In this document: positions 27,778 to 37,506 of the stretch, one piece after another
Layout: each line of letters begins with the position of its first letter
How positions within the stretch are numbered: the stretch's first letter is position 1
Assembly (NCBI GenBank): GCA_045591115.1
Contig: JAZNSH010000017.1
Coordinates: 65,691-129,690 of the forward strand
Length of the DNA stretch: 64,000 nucleotides
Direction: 5' to 3'
DNA from: Clostridia bacterium
GTDB lineage: Bacteria; Bacillota; Clostridia; Christensenellales; QALW01
The notes under the pieces: generated by a model
What the model was told of the DNA's origin: nothing
The model's input: only the letters and a program-made list of their open reading frames with translations
Databases searched by the model: none
Position numbers and translations under genes: made by a program

Positions 27778-28278
27778 ATGAAAGTAAAAAAAACTAAGCA
27801 ACAAAAGAAAGAACTTAGGATCATAACTATAATGATCATATTCTTTGCGTTTTGTGTTGGATTTCTCATTATGGTTGGGATAGGTCTTTTGAAAAGCGAT
27901 GAAATACTTGGTGCTTTATTTTTTTGGATATTGGCTATTGTTTGCGTATATAAGTGCGTATCACTTTACAAAGAACATAAATTAGCGCGAAAAGATTTTG
28001 AACAATACGAAAAATTTATGGAGAAAAAAGAAAAAGATAAAGAAGACAGACGAAAACAAGAACAACAGCGACAGAAAGAAGAACAACGACGTCAAATTGA
28101 ACTTGGAGAGAAACGTAGAAGTCTTGCAAGTAAAGGGATACCAAGTTGCCCCAAATGTGGCTCAACAGCAATTGCTACCATTAACAGAGGATATTCTATT
28201 ATGTGGGGACCTATTGGGAGTGGAAAGGCTGTAAATGTATGTCAGGTTTGTGGACATAAGTTTACCCCTGGAAGATAA
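27778..28278 (+). CDS. hypothetical membrane-anchored protein with KE-rich coiled coil and C-terminal zinc ribbon
   Basis: Two TM segments, an EKKEKDKEDRRKQEQQRQKEEQRRQ stretch, and CPKCG...CQVCGH. Confidence 0.65.
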   Translation: MKVKKTKQQKKELRIITIMIIFFAFCVGFLIMVGIGLLKSDEILGALFFWILAIVCVYKCVSLYKEHKLARKDFEQYEKFMEKKEKDKEDRRKQEQQRQKEEQRRQIELGEKRRSLASKGIPSCPKCGSTAIATINRGYSIMWGPIGSGKAVNVCQVCGHKFTPGR

Positions 28279-28313
28279 AAATCTCTGAGCGCGAAAAATC
28301 CGCACAAACAAGC

Positions 28314-28340
28314 CACCGATTTCTCGGTGACTTTTTCTTT
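28314..28340 (+). terminator. intrinsic terminator
   Basis: CACCGA/TCGGTG hairpin with a T-run. Confidence 0.55.
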
Positions 28341-28361
28341 ACTCTACTCAACCTATATAAT

Positions 28362-28384
28362 AAACCCCCGAATTTCGGGGGTTT
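28362..28384. terminator. GC-rich hairpin terminator for the convergent minus-strand operon
   Basis: AAACCCCCGAA/TTCGGGGGTTT hairpin. Confidence 0.6.
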
Positions 28385-28388
28385 ACTG

Positions 28389-30569
28389 TTACTGCTGAAT
28401 AATTGGCTGAACGAAGATAGCACGGTATGAGGGAATTGTATAATCTGATGCGACTTCTGATATTTCACCGGAAGAAGCATCATATATTCTGTAACTTGAA
28501 GCGCCTTCGTAAATAAAGGTCGCTTTTGCATCAGTTGCAGATGCATTTGCAAGGAAGAAGAATTTTACGCCGTCCTTTTCATAGGGTGAAACGTACACGG
28601 TAGATCTTGAATCAACTGTAAGCTCGGGAGAAGCAGTTATCGCATCCATAATTCGGCTGGCAGAAGCAATGCACTTATCGCCATACTTTTCAGAAAAATC
28701 ATTTAACGCTTGCTGATCTTTTTCCATAAACGCAATTTTAGGCATTTCGCCGACGAAAACAACGTTTACGCCTGATTGAATAAGCTTATCAATGGCATTT
28801 GCCGTAGAAATATCCATAACAGTTGCACGTGGCACGATAATTGTTTTAAAGGCAAAATTATTAACTTCAAGTGCATTATCCTTAACTGTGCCGTTTATCA
28901 GTGAATTATCGTCAAGGAAAACGTAGTCAAGGCCATTATTGCGAAGTTCTGAGGTTATTTCGCCAACAAGTTTATCATTTACCTTTGCAAACTCATCGGG
29001 ATTATAAACGTTCTGTGTGTTCGGCGCAATATATGCACCGCCTACAGAATCGATGGTATAATAGATCGCAACTTCGTTTTTATTTTGTGCGCCAACAAGC
29101 ATTGAGCCCATTCTGCCGATATACTCGTTGAAAATTTTGCCCGTTTCAGGGTCGTTGTTAGCCTTGCCGTAGTATGAGCCAACCTGATTTCCACCGTCAA
29201 AATAAGCAAAGGTCATTGTGCCCAAAGCGTAATCAAGATGATTTGTTGCAAATTCTTTGGGGTCGTGCACGGGACATATTTCAACAAACACACGCTCTTT
29301 TCCATAAAGCCATGCAGGGGAAGAAGCATATTTTCCGCCCGTTGACATTGATGAAATATAAGCTTTGGGGCGCACGTTAAGAATATCAAAGCCGGGATAA
29401 CCCATTTCTGTTGAACACTGCATATAATCGCCGTATATGGGAATATGATAAATCATTTGTTCTTCCAACAAAAGGTGTCCCGAAGATTTTACGCCGTGCT
29501 CCTTACACCATTCTTCGATCTGCCCGAAATAGCTTTCCGCAAGAAGATCGCCTACGTGAGAATAAAAGTTTGCTCTGACTCTTATTGCTTCATCTGTTTG
29601 TGAATAGAATAATAATGGCAGTTTTGGAACAAGATCATAGCCGAACTTTTCCTCAAAGGATTCAAATATACCGTCAACGTAAGGAATTACGGGTGAAGTA
29701 AAATCACTTTTTGAATAATGTTTTGTTGCCTGCAAAGCAGGTTCATCGGTAAAAAACGCTTCAACAATATCTGAAAAGCTTTCTATTTTGTCACCATAGG
29801 TCTGATGTGTTACCTCAATAAACTTTTTAACCGCGTCTTTATTGAGCAGGTTAGGATAAGTTTTGAAATAGGAGTTTTCCTCATAGTGCTTTTCAACAAA
29901 ATACACTTGAGCCGTCCAACCGCCGTCAACGCCGTTAAACACTATTTTATCATTTTCAACCTTTCCCTCAACTACAGTGTATTTACCGTTGTTGTTTAAA
30001 GAAATGCTGATAAGCTTTTTGAAATTTTCAGGAAGCGGAACGGAAACTTCGCCTGCACCCTTACCTGAAACGGTGTGCTGATTGATTCTTACTGCAATAT
30101 AATCTTCGTTTGCACTTACTGTAAGGTCGCCTGCCGAACCGCTGGGATATCCCTTTTCATCGTAAAGCCACACGCGCAGTCCTAAATCGTCAACCGCCTG
30201 AACGAACTCATTGAGATTTTCAAGCTTTCTCTCACTTTGAAGATATTTTCCCGTCCAACCGTCATTGGTGATAACACCGCCCCAACCGCAGTTAATTACA
30301 GTTTGAGCCTTTTCCGAATAGCTTCCGCCTGAAAGGTTAGAAAAATCGTGAACGATCTGTAACCCTCTGTATTTATTATCGGGTGATAAAAAGGCATTGT
30401 TATCAATAAGTTGCGTGTTCTGATCTTTTTTCATAGGTGAAGCTCCTCCATCACTGATATTTAAAGTTCCTCCATCGCTGAAAGCGATATATAATATTCC
30501 TGATGTTATAAGCACTGCCGACAATGCAAGGGACATAAGTGAAAGGATAAGTTTATTTAACTTTTTCAT
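28389..30569 (-). CDS. membrane-anchored putative glycoside hydrolase (family not resolved)
   Basis: 726 aa with an N-terminal signal anchor. It contains GWGGVITNDGW and LYDEKGYPSGSAG. It overlaps the upstream CBM gene by 17 nt. Confidence 0.6.
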   Translation of the reverse strand: MKKLNKLILSLMSLALSAVLITSGILYIAFSDGGTLNISDGGASPMKKDQNTQLIDNNAFLSPDNKYRGLQIVHDFSNLSGGSYSEKAQTVINCGWGGVITNDGWTGKYLQSERKLENLNEFVQAVDDLGLRVWLYDEKGYPSGSAGDLTVSANEDYIAVRINQHTVSGKGAGEVSVPLPENFKKLISISLNNNGKYTVVEGKVENDKIVFNGVDGGWTAQVYFVEKHYEENSYFKTYPNLLNKDAVKKFIEVTHQTYGDKIESFSDIVEAFFTDEPALQATKHYSKSDFTSPVIPYVDGIFESFEEKFGYDLVPKLPLLFYSQTDEAIRVRANFYSHVGDLLAESYFGQIEEWCKEHGVKSSGHLLLEEQMIYHIPIYGDYMQCSTEMGYPGFDILNVRPKAYISSMSTGGKYASSPAWLYGKERVFVEICPVHDPKEFATNHLDYALGTMTFAYFDGGNQVGSYYGKANNDPETGKIFNEYIGRMGSMLVGAQNKNEVAIYYTIDSVGGAYIAPNTQNVYNPDEFAKVNDKLVGEITSELRNNGLDYVFLDDNSLINGTVKDNALEVNNFAFKTIIVPRATVMDISTANAIDKLIQSGVNVVFVGEMPKIAFMEKDQQALNDFSEKYGDKCIASASRIMDAITASPELTVDSRSTVYVSPYEKDGVKFFFLANASATDAKATFIYEGASSYRIYDASSGEISEVASDYTIPSYRAIFVQPIIQQ

Positions 30570-31401
30570 TTTTCTTGTCCTTTCTGTAGGAGATAAAAAG
30601 TGCTATTGCACCTATTAAAAGGATAACACCGCAAGCAATGATCATCCCACCTATAACTGCTGACTGCTTTTCGTTTGCACCTGAGCCTGAATTTTCACTT
30701 ACTACGGGTGTGGGTGTTGCAGTTTCATTTTCTTCAGGTGCTTTTGTTTCCTGAGGCTTTTCAGTCTCTATAGGCTTTGCAGTTTCTGTAGGCTTTTCCG
30801 TAGGCTTTTCGGTAGGTGCAGGAGTTTCTTCTGTTTCTTCATCAAAAGGCTCGCCCGTAAACTCAAGGGGCACAAGGGAGCAGTTATCAATAAGAATATC
30901 GGCATATCCCGTATCGTCAGTTTCCTTGGTAACAAAATAGAATTCTGACTTGGTAACCTCGCCGTCCCACTTAAAATCCTTGGAAAGAGATATCTGTGTC
31001 CACTCATTGCCCGAAACACTCACGTAGCCTGAGGTTACGTAAGAAGTTTTTTCTTCGGTCTTAATATTGACAACAAGCTGAATTTCTATAGGCTCAGCAT
31101 CTGCTTCTGCAAGCTTCACTTGTGCTTGCGCAGTATATTTACCTGTGCCGTAATAATTAAGCTCATCCTGAACGAACTGCTTTACAACGTCGGTATTGTG
31201 TGTTCTTTCCGAAGATAAAAGAGCGTAAGAGCCTTCAAAGGCATCTTCTGAAAAATCAATGTACGCTTTAACGTATTTTACCCATACCTCATCATTGGCT
31301 TCTTCAAAATCAGCATCCGTTAAAATCTCATAGTCGTTTGTTGCAAAAACGGAAACCGATGTAAGAATAAGGATAAGTAATAAAGTAACTATTTTTTTCA
31401 T
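30553..31401 (-). CDS. secreted carbohydrate-binding-module-like protein with C-terminal TM anchor
   Basis: A signal peptide, a jelly-roll CBM4/9-like region, a PTEKPTE linker and a C-terminal hydrophobic anchor are present. Confidence 0.65.
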   Translation of the reverse strand: MKKIVTLLLILILTSVSVFATNDYEILTDADFEEANDEVWVKYVKAYIDFSEDAFEGSYALLSSERTHNTDVVKQFVQDELNYYGTGKYTAQAQVKLAEADAEPIEIQLVVNIKTEEKTSYVTSGYVSVSGNEWTQISLSKDFKWDGEVTKSEFYFVTKETDDTGYADILIDNCSLVPLEFTGEPFDEETEETPAPTEKPTEKPTETAKPIETEKPQETKAPEENETATPTPVVSENSGSGANEKQSAVIGGMIIACGVILLIGAIALFISYRKDKKNEKVK

Positions 31402-31618
31402 AAAAAAACTCCTTCCAATAAGTTCTGATTATATTTTCTCATAAAAAAGAAGTTTTGTACATTGTGAATATTGCGGTTTCTTTGGCAAAACACACTTTGA
31501 TAAAAGTCAGTTAAATTGAAGTTTTTTCAAAAAAACATTGCAAATCTTGTTGCTTTTTCGGCTATCGAATTTTTAAAAAAGTTGACACGAAAATACAAAC
31601 ATAAAATACATTTAACCA

Positions 31619-31647
31619 TTGACTTTTCCCTTTTGATATTATATAAT
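31619..31647 (+). promoter_or_regulatory. sigma-A-type promoter
   Basis: TTGACT, 17-nt spacer, TATAAT. Confidence 0.55.
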
Positions 31648-31667
31648 TTTTTTATACGAGGTGAATC

Positions 31668-32321
31668 TTGGTGATCAATTTTTTAAGCGATAATCACGGT
31701 CCTGATTTTATGGATGGTCTTTTAAATTATCAGCCTGAAAATAAGGATGATCTTCTTATTTTATTGGGAGATACGTGCCTGAAAATCAGCGAAGAAGAAA
31801 AGTATCAAAACTTTGACCGGTGGCTTTTATCAAGGGAATATAATATTGCCATCGTTGACGGCAATCACGAAAATTACCCTTGGCTTGACAGTCAATCTGA
31901 AGAAACCTGGAACGGCGGAAAAATAAACAGAATTTCAAAAAATATCGTGCGCCTTAGAAGGGGCGAGATATATAATATTGAAGGCTCAACGTTCTTTGTG
32001 TTCGGCGGATGCTCAACAAGCAAAAAGTGGAAAGAGCTTGGATTGTGGCACCAAGGGGATACTCCCTCAAAAGCTCAGCTTGAAAATGCCTATGAAAACT
32101 TGAAAAAGGCAAATTATCAGGTTGATTATATTTTAACACACAAATATTTTTGCAATGAGTGTTTTGTTCCTATGGGTGGGGATGAGCATATCTTATTTAT
32201 GCTCAACCGATTTATTGATAACAACGTAACTTTTAAAAAGTGGATATCGGGACACCGCCATCAGGATTATTTTATTGATGAAAAGCATCAGGTAGTTTTT
32301 ACAACAGTAAGGAGTTTATAA
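31668..32321 (+). CDS. metallophosphoesterase
   Basis: SDNHG, LGD, DGNHEN and GHRH motifs are present. Confidence 0.75.
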   Translation: MVINFLSDNHGPDFMDGLLNYQPENKDDLLILLGDTCLKISEEEKYQNFDRWLLSREYNIAIVDGNHENYPWLDSQSEETWNGGKINRISKNIVRLRRGEIYNIEGSTFFVFGGCSTSKKWKELGLWHQGDTPSKAQLENAYENLKKANYQVDYILTHKYFCNECFVPMGGDEHILFMLNRFIDNNVTFKKWISGHRHQDYFIDEKHQVVFTTVRSL

Positions 32322-32322
32322 A

Positions 32323-33123
32323 ATGTTATTAAGCAGAAATTCGCATTGCGGAAAAAATGATTATAAAATGCTTAAAAAGGCAGGTTGGCAAGCGATTGAT
32401 ATCAATGAAACCTGCGATGGCAGTAAGTTTATGAATGTGGAAGAAGGCAAAAAATACCTTGAAAGCGTAATTAAGGATATTGAAGATGCGGGACTTATCG
32501 TTGGTCAATGCCACGCGCCTATGCCCAATACTTACGAAAACCTCAGTGATGAAGAAATTGAAAATATCATTGTTTCAATAGTAAATTGCGTTGAAGTTGC
32601 AAGTGCGTTAAAAATCCCCTATACAGTTGTGCACACGTTTATTTATTCCTGGTCGGGCGATCCTGACCGTGAAAAAACTTTTCAATTAAATAAAGAATAT
32701 CTTAAGCGTGTTGTCGAAAAGGCAGAAAACACCGTGGTTTGCCTTGAAAATCTGCCCGGATGCAACGGCTTTGTGCGTACGGGGGAAGAACTTAAAGAGA
32801 TGTGCGAAGCAGTATCACCAAAGCTTTGCATTTGCATTGATACGGGACACGCTTTTTCAAATAAACTAAAAGTTTCTTCGTTTTTTGAAGTTTTAGGTGA
32901 TAAAATTAAAACATTACACGTGCATGATTCTTTAAACGGTATGGATAGACATTCGTTGCCGTATGAGGGCTCAGGTGATTGGAACGATTTTAAAGATGCC
33001 TTAAAAAAATATAATTATCAGGGAACGTTAAACAGCGAATCAAGCTTTTCGGAAAGATTGCCCAAAGAAAATGAGTTAAAATGGCAGACCTTTGAAAGAG
33101 AAGTTTTTGAAACATTATTATAG
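32323..33123 (+). CDS. sugar phosphate isomerase/epimerase (xylose isomerase-like TIM barrel)
   Basis: The LEN..G...........DTGH....H.HD pattern is present. Confidence 0.7.
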   Translation: MLLSRNSHCGKNDYKMLKKAGWQAIDINETCDGSKFMNVEEGKKYLESVIKDIEDAGLIVGQCHAPMPNTYENLSDEEIENIIVSIVNCVEVASALKIPYTVVHTFIYSWSGDPDREKTFQLNKEYLKRVVEKAENTVVCLENLPGCNGFVRTGEELKEMCEAVSPKLCICIDTGHAFSNKLKVSSFFEVLGDKIKTLHVHDSLNGMDRHSLPYEGSGDWNDFKDALKKYNYQGTLNSESSFSERLPKENELKWQTFEREVFETLL

Positions 33124-33134
33124 GAATAAAAATA

Positions 33135-33170
33135 CACCTCTTGGTTAAAATAATCAAGAGGTGATTTTTT
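33135..33170 (+). terminator. terminator hairpin whose 3' arm contains the SD of the next gene
   Basis: CACCTCTTG/CAAGAGGTG hairpin followed by ATTTTTT, which abuts the ATG at 33171. Confidence 0.6.
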
Positions 33171-33620
33171 ATGGAATTAACGCAAAAAGAAGCATTGTTA
33201 ATTGAAGATTTAAAAACTCAGGAAAAAACCTGCGCGGAAAAGTATGCCCGCAACGCCAATCAAGCAAAGGACCCACAGTTGAAAGCACTTTTTCAAGAAC
33301 TTTCACAAAACGAAATCAAGCACTTAAATATGCTTGATCAGATAACTGACGGCTCTGTTCCTCAGATTGATCAAAACGGTGGACAGGAAAAGACCTTCTC
33401 CGCCACCTACGGAACGGCAGATGATCCCGATAAATTAAACGATTGCTTTTTATGTAACGATCTTTTAGCCGCTGAAAAGCACGCATCGGGAATGTACGAT
33501 ACAAGCGTTTTTGAGTTTTCCGAAAAACCTTTGCGCGATGTGCTCAATTATATTCAATCAGCCGAACAGAACCACGGCAAGCAGATATATGATTATATGA
33601 GCACAAATGCAATGTACTGA
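33171..33620 (+). CDS. spore coat protein F-like (Coat_F domain)
   Basis: The ferritin-like helical pattern L..DL...E....KY......A.DP.LK..F......E..H is present. Confidence 0.7.
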   Translation: MELTQKEALLIEDLKTQEKTCAEKYARNANQAKDPQLKALFQELSQNEIKHLNMLDQITDGSVPQIDQNGGQEKTFSATYGTADDPDKLNDCFLCNDLLAAEKHASGMYDTSVFEFSEKPLRDVLNYIQSAEQNHGKQIYDYMSTNAMY

Positions 33621-33630
33621 TAAACACAAG

Positions 33631-33654
33631 AAAAGCGACCTTTTCGGTCGCTTT
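33631..33654. terminator. bidirectional terminator
   Basis: AAAGCGACC/GGTCGCTTT hairpin. Confidence 0.7.
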
Positions 33655-33657
33655 AAT

Positions 33658-34095
33658 TTATTCGCAAAGCTTTGCTACGATCTGGTTGATAAGCTTGCCG
33701 TCAGCCTTGCCCTTAAGCTCGCCCATTGCGGTGCGCATAATCATACCCTTATTCTTTTGAGCAATTAAGTCGGCACAGTTGGCTTTTAAGAACTCGGTTA
33801 TCTCGTCCTCGCTCATCATTTTAGGTGCGTATGCTTCAACGATGTGAAGCTTTTGAGTGTATTCCTCCAATAAATCGGTGCGCTCCTTGGGGCAGGTATC
33901 AACCTGTTCCTTTAAGGATTTTACTTCCTTTAAGATCACACGGTCAACCATTTCATCGGGAATGTTATCTCTTACGCCCTCATCAATGGCAACCTTTTTA
34001 ACTGCAGCGATTAAAGATGAGATCGCATCCTTCTTAAGCTTATCCTGAGCCTTCATTGCGGCGATCATTTCTTTCTGAAGTACGGTAAATTGCAT
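33658..34095 (-). CDS. GatB/YqeY domain protein
   Basis: 145 aa. MKA.DK.....S.L.AA.K and the C-terminal GKADG..I...V are present. Confidence 0.8.
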   Translation of the reverse strand: MQFTVLQKEMIAAMKAQDKLKKDAISSLIAAVKKVAIDEGVRDNIPDEMVDRVILKEVKSLKEQVDTCPKERTDLLEEYTQKLHIVEAYAPKMMSEDEITEFLKANCADLIAQKNKGMIMRTAMGELKGKADGKLINQIVAKLCE

Positions 34096-34225
34096 ATATA
34101 TTTCCTCCTTGAAGATTATTTTCTATAATATTATAGTATTTAATTTCAAAATCGTCAATAAACTAATTGCAAAAATCCTGCATTTTTGATACAATATATA
34201 TATTACAATGGAAAAGGTGTTTTTT

Positions 34226-35875
34226 ATGGAAGAATTAAGAAAGAACTTTATTCAGGAAATCGTTGAAAATGATATTGAGGAGAATGGCGGTAAGTTAAAT
34301 ATCGTTACCCGTTTCCCTCCTGAGCCCAACGGCTATTTGCATATTGGTCACGCAAAGGCTATCTGTGTTGACTTTGGTATTGCAAAAAAATATAACGGTA
34401 AGTGTAACTTAAGAATGGATGACACTAACCCTGCCAAGGAAGATAACTTCTACGTTGAAGCAATTAAGAAGGACGTTGAATGGCTTGGCTTTACTCCCGA
34501 TAATCTTTGCTTTGCGGCAGATTATTTTGAGGAAATGTATAATCAGGCTATCGTTTTAATTAAAAAGGGTCTTGCCTTCGTTTGCGATATGAACGCTGAT
34601 GAAATTAAGGAATCCCGCGGTACTTTAACAGAGCCCGGTATTGAGAGTCCCTACAGAAACAGAAGCATTGAAGAAAACCTTGATCTTTTTAAGCGTATGC
34701 GCGCAGGGGAATTCGCTGACGGCGCAAAGGTTCTTCGTGCTAAAATTGATATGGCATCGCCTAACATCAATATGCGTGACCCCATTATCTACCGTATACT
34801 TCGTATGGAGCACTATCGCACAAACAACGATTGGTGTATCTATCCTATGTACGACTATGCTCATCCCATTGAGGATATGATCGAAAACGTTACCCATTCA
34901 ATTTGCACCTTGGAGTTTGAAGATCACAGACCTCTTTACGATTGGGTTGTTGAGAACGTTGATATTGATGCAAAGCCAAGGCAGATTGAGTTTGCACGTC
35001 TTAATATGACGCGCACCATTATGTCAAAGCGTTATTTAAAGAGTTTAGTTGATAATTCCAGCGTTTCAGGCTGGGATGATCCCAGAATGCCCACCATTGC
35101 AGGCTTACGCCGCCGCGGTTACACACCTGAAGCCATTCGCGATTTCTGCGACAGAATCGGTGTTGCAAAGAGCAATTCTTTAGTTGAAGCATCACTTTTG
35201 GAGCATTGCGTTCGTGAAGATTTAAGCACTAAAACTGAAAGAAAAATGGCGATTATTGATCCCATTAAGCTTGTTATTGATAACTATCCCGAAAACACAA
35301 GTGAGCTTTTAACAACCGAAAACGGTGCTGAAGAAGCTAACGGCACACGCGAAATTTCGTTCTCCCGTGAGCTTTATATTCAGGCAGAGGACTTTATGAT
35401 CGATCCGCCCAAAAAGTTCTTCCGCTTGTTTGTTGGCGGTGAGGTTCGTTTAAAGAGCGCATATATTATCAAATGCGTAGGCTATGATACTGATGAGAAC
35501 GGTAATGTTACTTGCGTTCACGCTGAATATGATCCCCAAACAAAATCAGGTATGCCAATGGCTGACAGAAAGGTTAAAGGCACACTTCATTGGGTTGATG
35601 CAAACAACTGTGTTCCCTTTGAAGCAAGACTTTACGATTATCTTCTTGATGAGCGTGAGGGCGAAGGTCTTGATTTTAAAGAGCGCGTTAACGAAAACTC
35701 ACTTATTGTTAAAGAGGGATTTTTGGAGAAATCTCTTGAAAATGCAAAGGTTGGCGATTCATTCCAGTTTATCCGCGTAGGATATTTCAGAATGGATGAG
35801 GACAGCACAGAAGATAAGCTTGTATTCAACCGCATTGTAGGTTTAAGGGATACTTGGGCGAAAATGAATAAATAA
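34226..35875 (+). CDS. glnS: glutamine--tRNA ligase
   Basis: [26 protein letters not shown] and MSKR (KMSKS-like) motifs are present. The ATG at 34226 has the better RBS; the track ORF starts at 34208. Confidence 0.9.
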   Translation: MEELRKNFIQEIVENDIEENGGKLNIVTRFPPEPNGYLHIGHAKAICVDFGIAKKYNGKCNLRMDDTNPAKEDNFYVEAIKKDVEWLGFTPDNLCFAADYFEEMYNQAIVLIKKGLAFVCDMNADEIKESRGTLTEPGIESPYRNRSIEENLDLFKRMRAGEFADGAKVLRAKIDMASPNINMRDPIIYRILRMEHYRTNNDWCIYPMYDYAHPIEDMIENVTHSICTLEFEDHRPLYDWVVENVDIDAKPRQIEFARLNMTRTIMSKRYLKSLVDNSSVSGWDDPRMPTIAGLRRRGYTPEAIRDFCDRIGVAKSNSLVEASLLEHCVREDLSTKTERKMAIIDPIKLVIDNYPENTSELLTTENGAEEANGTREISFSRELYIQAEDFMIDPPKKFFRLFVGGEVRLKSAYIIKCVGYDTDENGNVTCVHAEYDPQTKSGMPMADRKVKGTLHWVDANNCVPFEARLYDYLLDEREGEGLDFKERVNENSLIVKEGFLEKSLENAKVGDSFQFIRVGYFRMDEDSTEDKLVFNRIVGLRDTWAKMNK

Positions 35876-35887
35876 GAGGGTTATTTT

Positions 35888-36595
35888 ATGAAAAAATTAT
35901 TTTCGTTACTTGCTGTTATAATGGCGTTTTTGCTGGCTTTTACAGGTTGCTCCTCAGATGAAGAGGAAGCTCCTTACACGGGCGATCCTTACATTTATCC
36001 TGAATATGAGTTAAATGGCGCCGATGAGGACCTTATAGGAGAGACCTTTGAGGAGAACGTTGTAACAAGCGTAACCGATCTTGCCAACTTCTTTAAAATT
36101 GAAGATCCTCAAGGCTTGGATGAAAAGTTTGGTTACTTATTCTATATGGCAAGAAATGATAACTACGTTGTAAGACCTCTTGTCAATGGAATAGACGTTA
36201 GCACCATTGCTGATTGGGCACGCATCGAGATCGTTCCGCCTGCAAAGGATGGCGATTATTCCCATATAGCATATTATTACACAAACACTGTCTATAACTA
36301 CGCAATAAAGGTATATTATCTTTATGATACAGAGTTTAACGTTGCAAAAATAGGCGGATATCAAGCTCTTATTGACGGCGATGAAAGCGTTATTACAAGG
36401 GAAAACTATAATGGATTTACGATAGTTAACTATCTTCCTGAAGAAACAAGCTACGCTGAATACTTTTTAAATGACAGATATTTTATCACTATTACCGGTG
36501 CAAATATCAAAAATGACAAATTCCCCAACGTAATTGAAAAGGAAGCTCTTGATATACTCACTTTTGATGAGATTCAGATTGCTGACACACTTTAG
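35888..36595 (+). CDS. hypothetical lipoprotein
   Basis: Signal peptide plus lipobox FTGC. Confidence 0.7.
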   Translation: MKKLFSLLAVIMAFLLAFTGCSSDEEEAPYTGDPYIYPEYELNGADEDLIGETFEENVVTSVTDLANFFKIEDPQGLDEKFGYLFYMARNDNYVVRPLVNGIDVSTIADWARIEIVPPAKDGDYSHIAYYYTNTVYNYAIKVYYLYDTEFNVAKIGGYQALIDGDESVITRENYNGFTIVNYLPEETSYAEYFLNDRYFITITGANIKNDKFPNVIEKEALDILTFDEIQIADTL

Positions 36596-36620
36596 CCTAT
36601 GGTATTCATAGGCTTTTTTT
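36595..36620 (+). terminator. intrinsic terminator 13 nt upstream of metF
   Basis: GCCTATG/CATAGGC hairpin followed by T7. Confidence 0.65.
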
Positions 36621-36632
36621 GAAGGTGATTTT

Positions 36633-37493
36633 ATGAAAATTATTGATATGCTTAAAAAGGACACACTTTCAATATCCTTTGAGGTGTTTCCGCCTAAAAC
36701 TGAAACGAACTTTGAAAGCGTTAAAAATGCAACAGAGGAAATTGCAAGGCTAAAACCGTTGTTTATGTCGGTGACCTACGGTGCAGGCGGCGGCACAAGC
36801 AAGTATACCCTTGAAATTGCAAGGAACATAAAAGAGAGCTATAACGTGCCTACCTTGGCACACCTCACCTGCGTTTCTTCAACAAAGGAAACGGTGAGAA
36901 AACGCATTGAGGATATTAAAAAAGCAGGCATAGAAAACGTTATGGCGTTAAGGGGTGATATTCCTAATGACTATAACGGCCCCTGGCACTATAAAAATGC
37001 AGTTGAGCTTGTGCGGGAATTAAAGGATGAAGGCTTTTCCATAGGCGGTGCTTGCTATCCTGAGATCCATCCCGAAAGCAAAAATCAGAAGGAAGATATC
37101 CTTTATTTAAAGGAAAAGGTTGATGCAGGCTGTGATTTCTTGACCACACAGATGTTCTTTGATAATAATCTGTTATATAATTTTCTTTATAAGATCCGTC
37201 AGGCAGGAATTTTAGTGCCCGTTATTCCCGGCATTATGCCCATCACCAATGCCAATCAGGTTGAAAGAGCAATAAAGCTTTCAGGCTCACATATGCCTCA
37301 GCGTTTTAAGAGCCTTGTTGATAAATTCGGAAATGATGAAAAGGCAATGAAGCAAGCAGGCATAGCTTACGCCACCGATCAGATAATTGATCTTTACGCA
37401 AACGGCATTACCAACGTTCACGTTTACACAATGAATAAGCCTGACGTTGCCGAAAAAATAATGAATAATCTTTCGGATATTTTAGGTAAATAA
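36633..37493 (+). CDS. metF: 5,10-methylenetetrahydrofolate reductase
   Basis: SFEVFPPKT, VTYGAGG and LRGD motifs are present. Confidence 0.9.
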   Translation: MKIIDMLKKDTLSISFEVFPPKTETNFESVKNATEEIARLKPLFMSVTYGAGGGTSKYTLEIARNIKESYNVPTLAHLTCVSSTKETVRKRIEDIKKAGIENVMALRGDIPNDYNGPWHYKNAVELVRELKDEGFSIGGACYPEIHPESKNQKEDILYLKEKVDAGCDFLTTQMFFDNNLLYNFLYKIRQAGILVPVIPGIMPITNANQVERAIKLSGSHMPQRFKSLVDKFGNDEKAMKQAGIAYATDQIIDLYANGITNVHVYTMNKPDVAEKIMNNLSDILGK

Positions 37494-37506
37494 TAAGGTA
37501 AAAACT

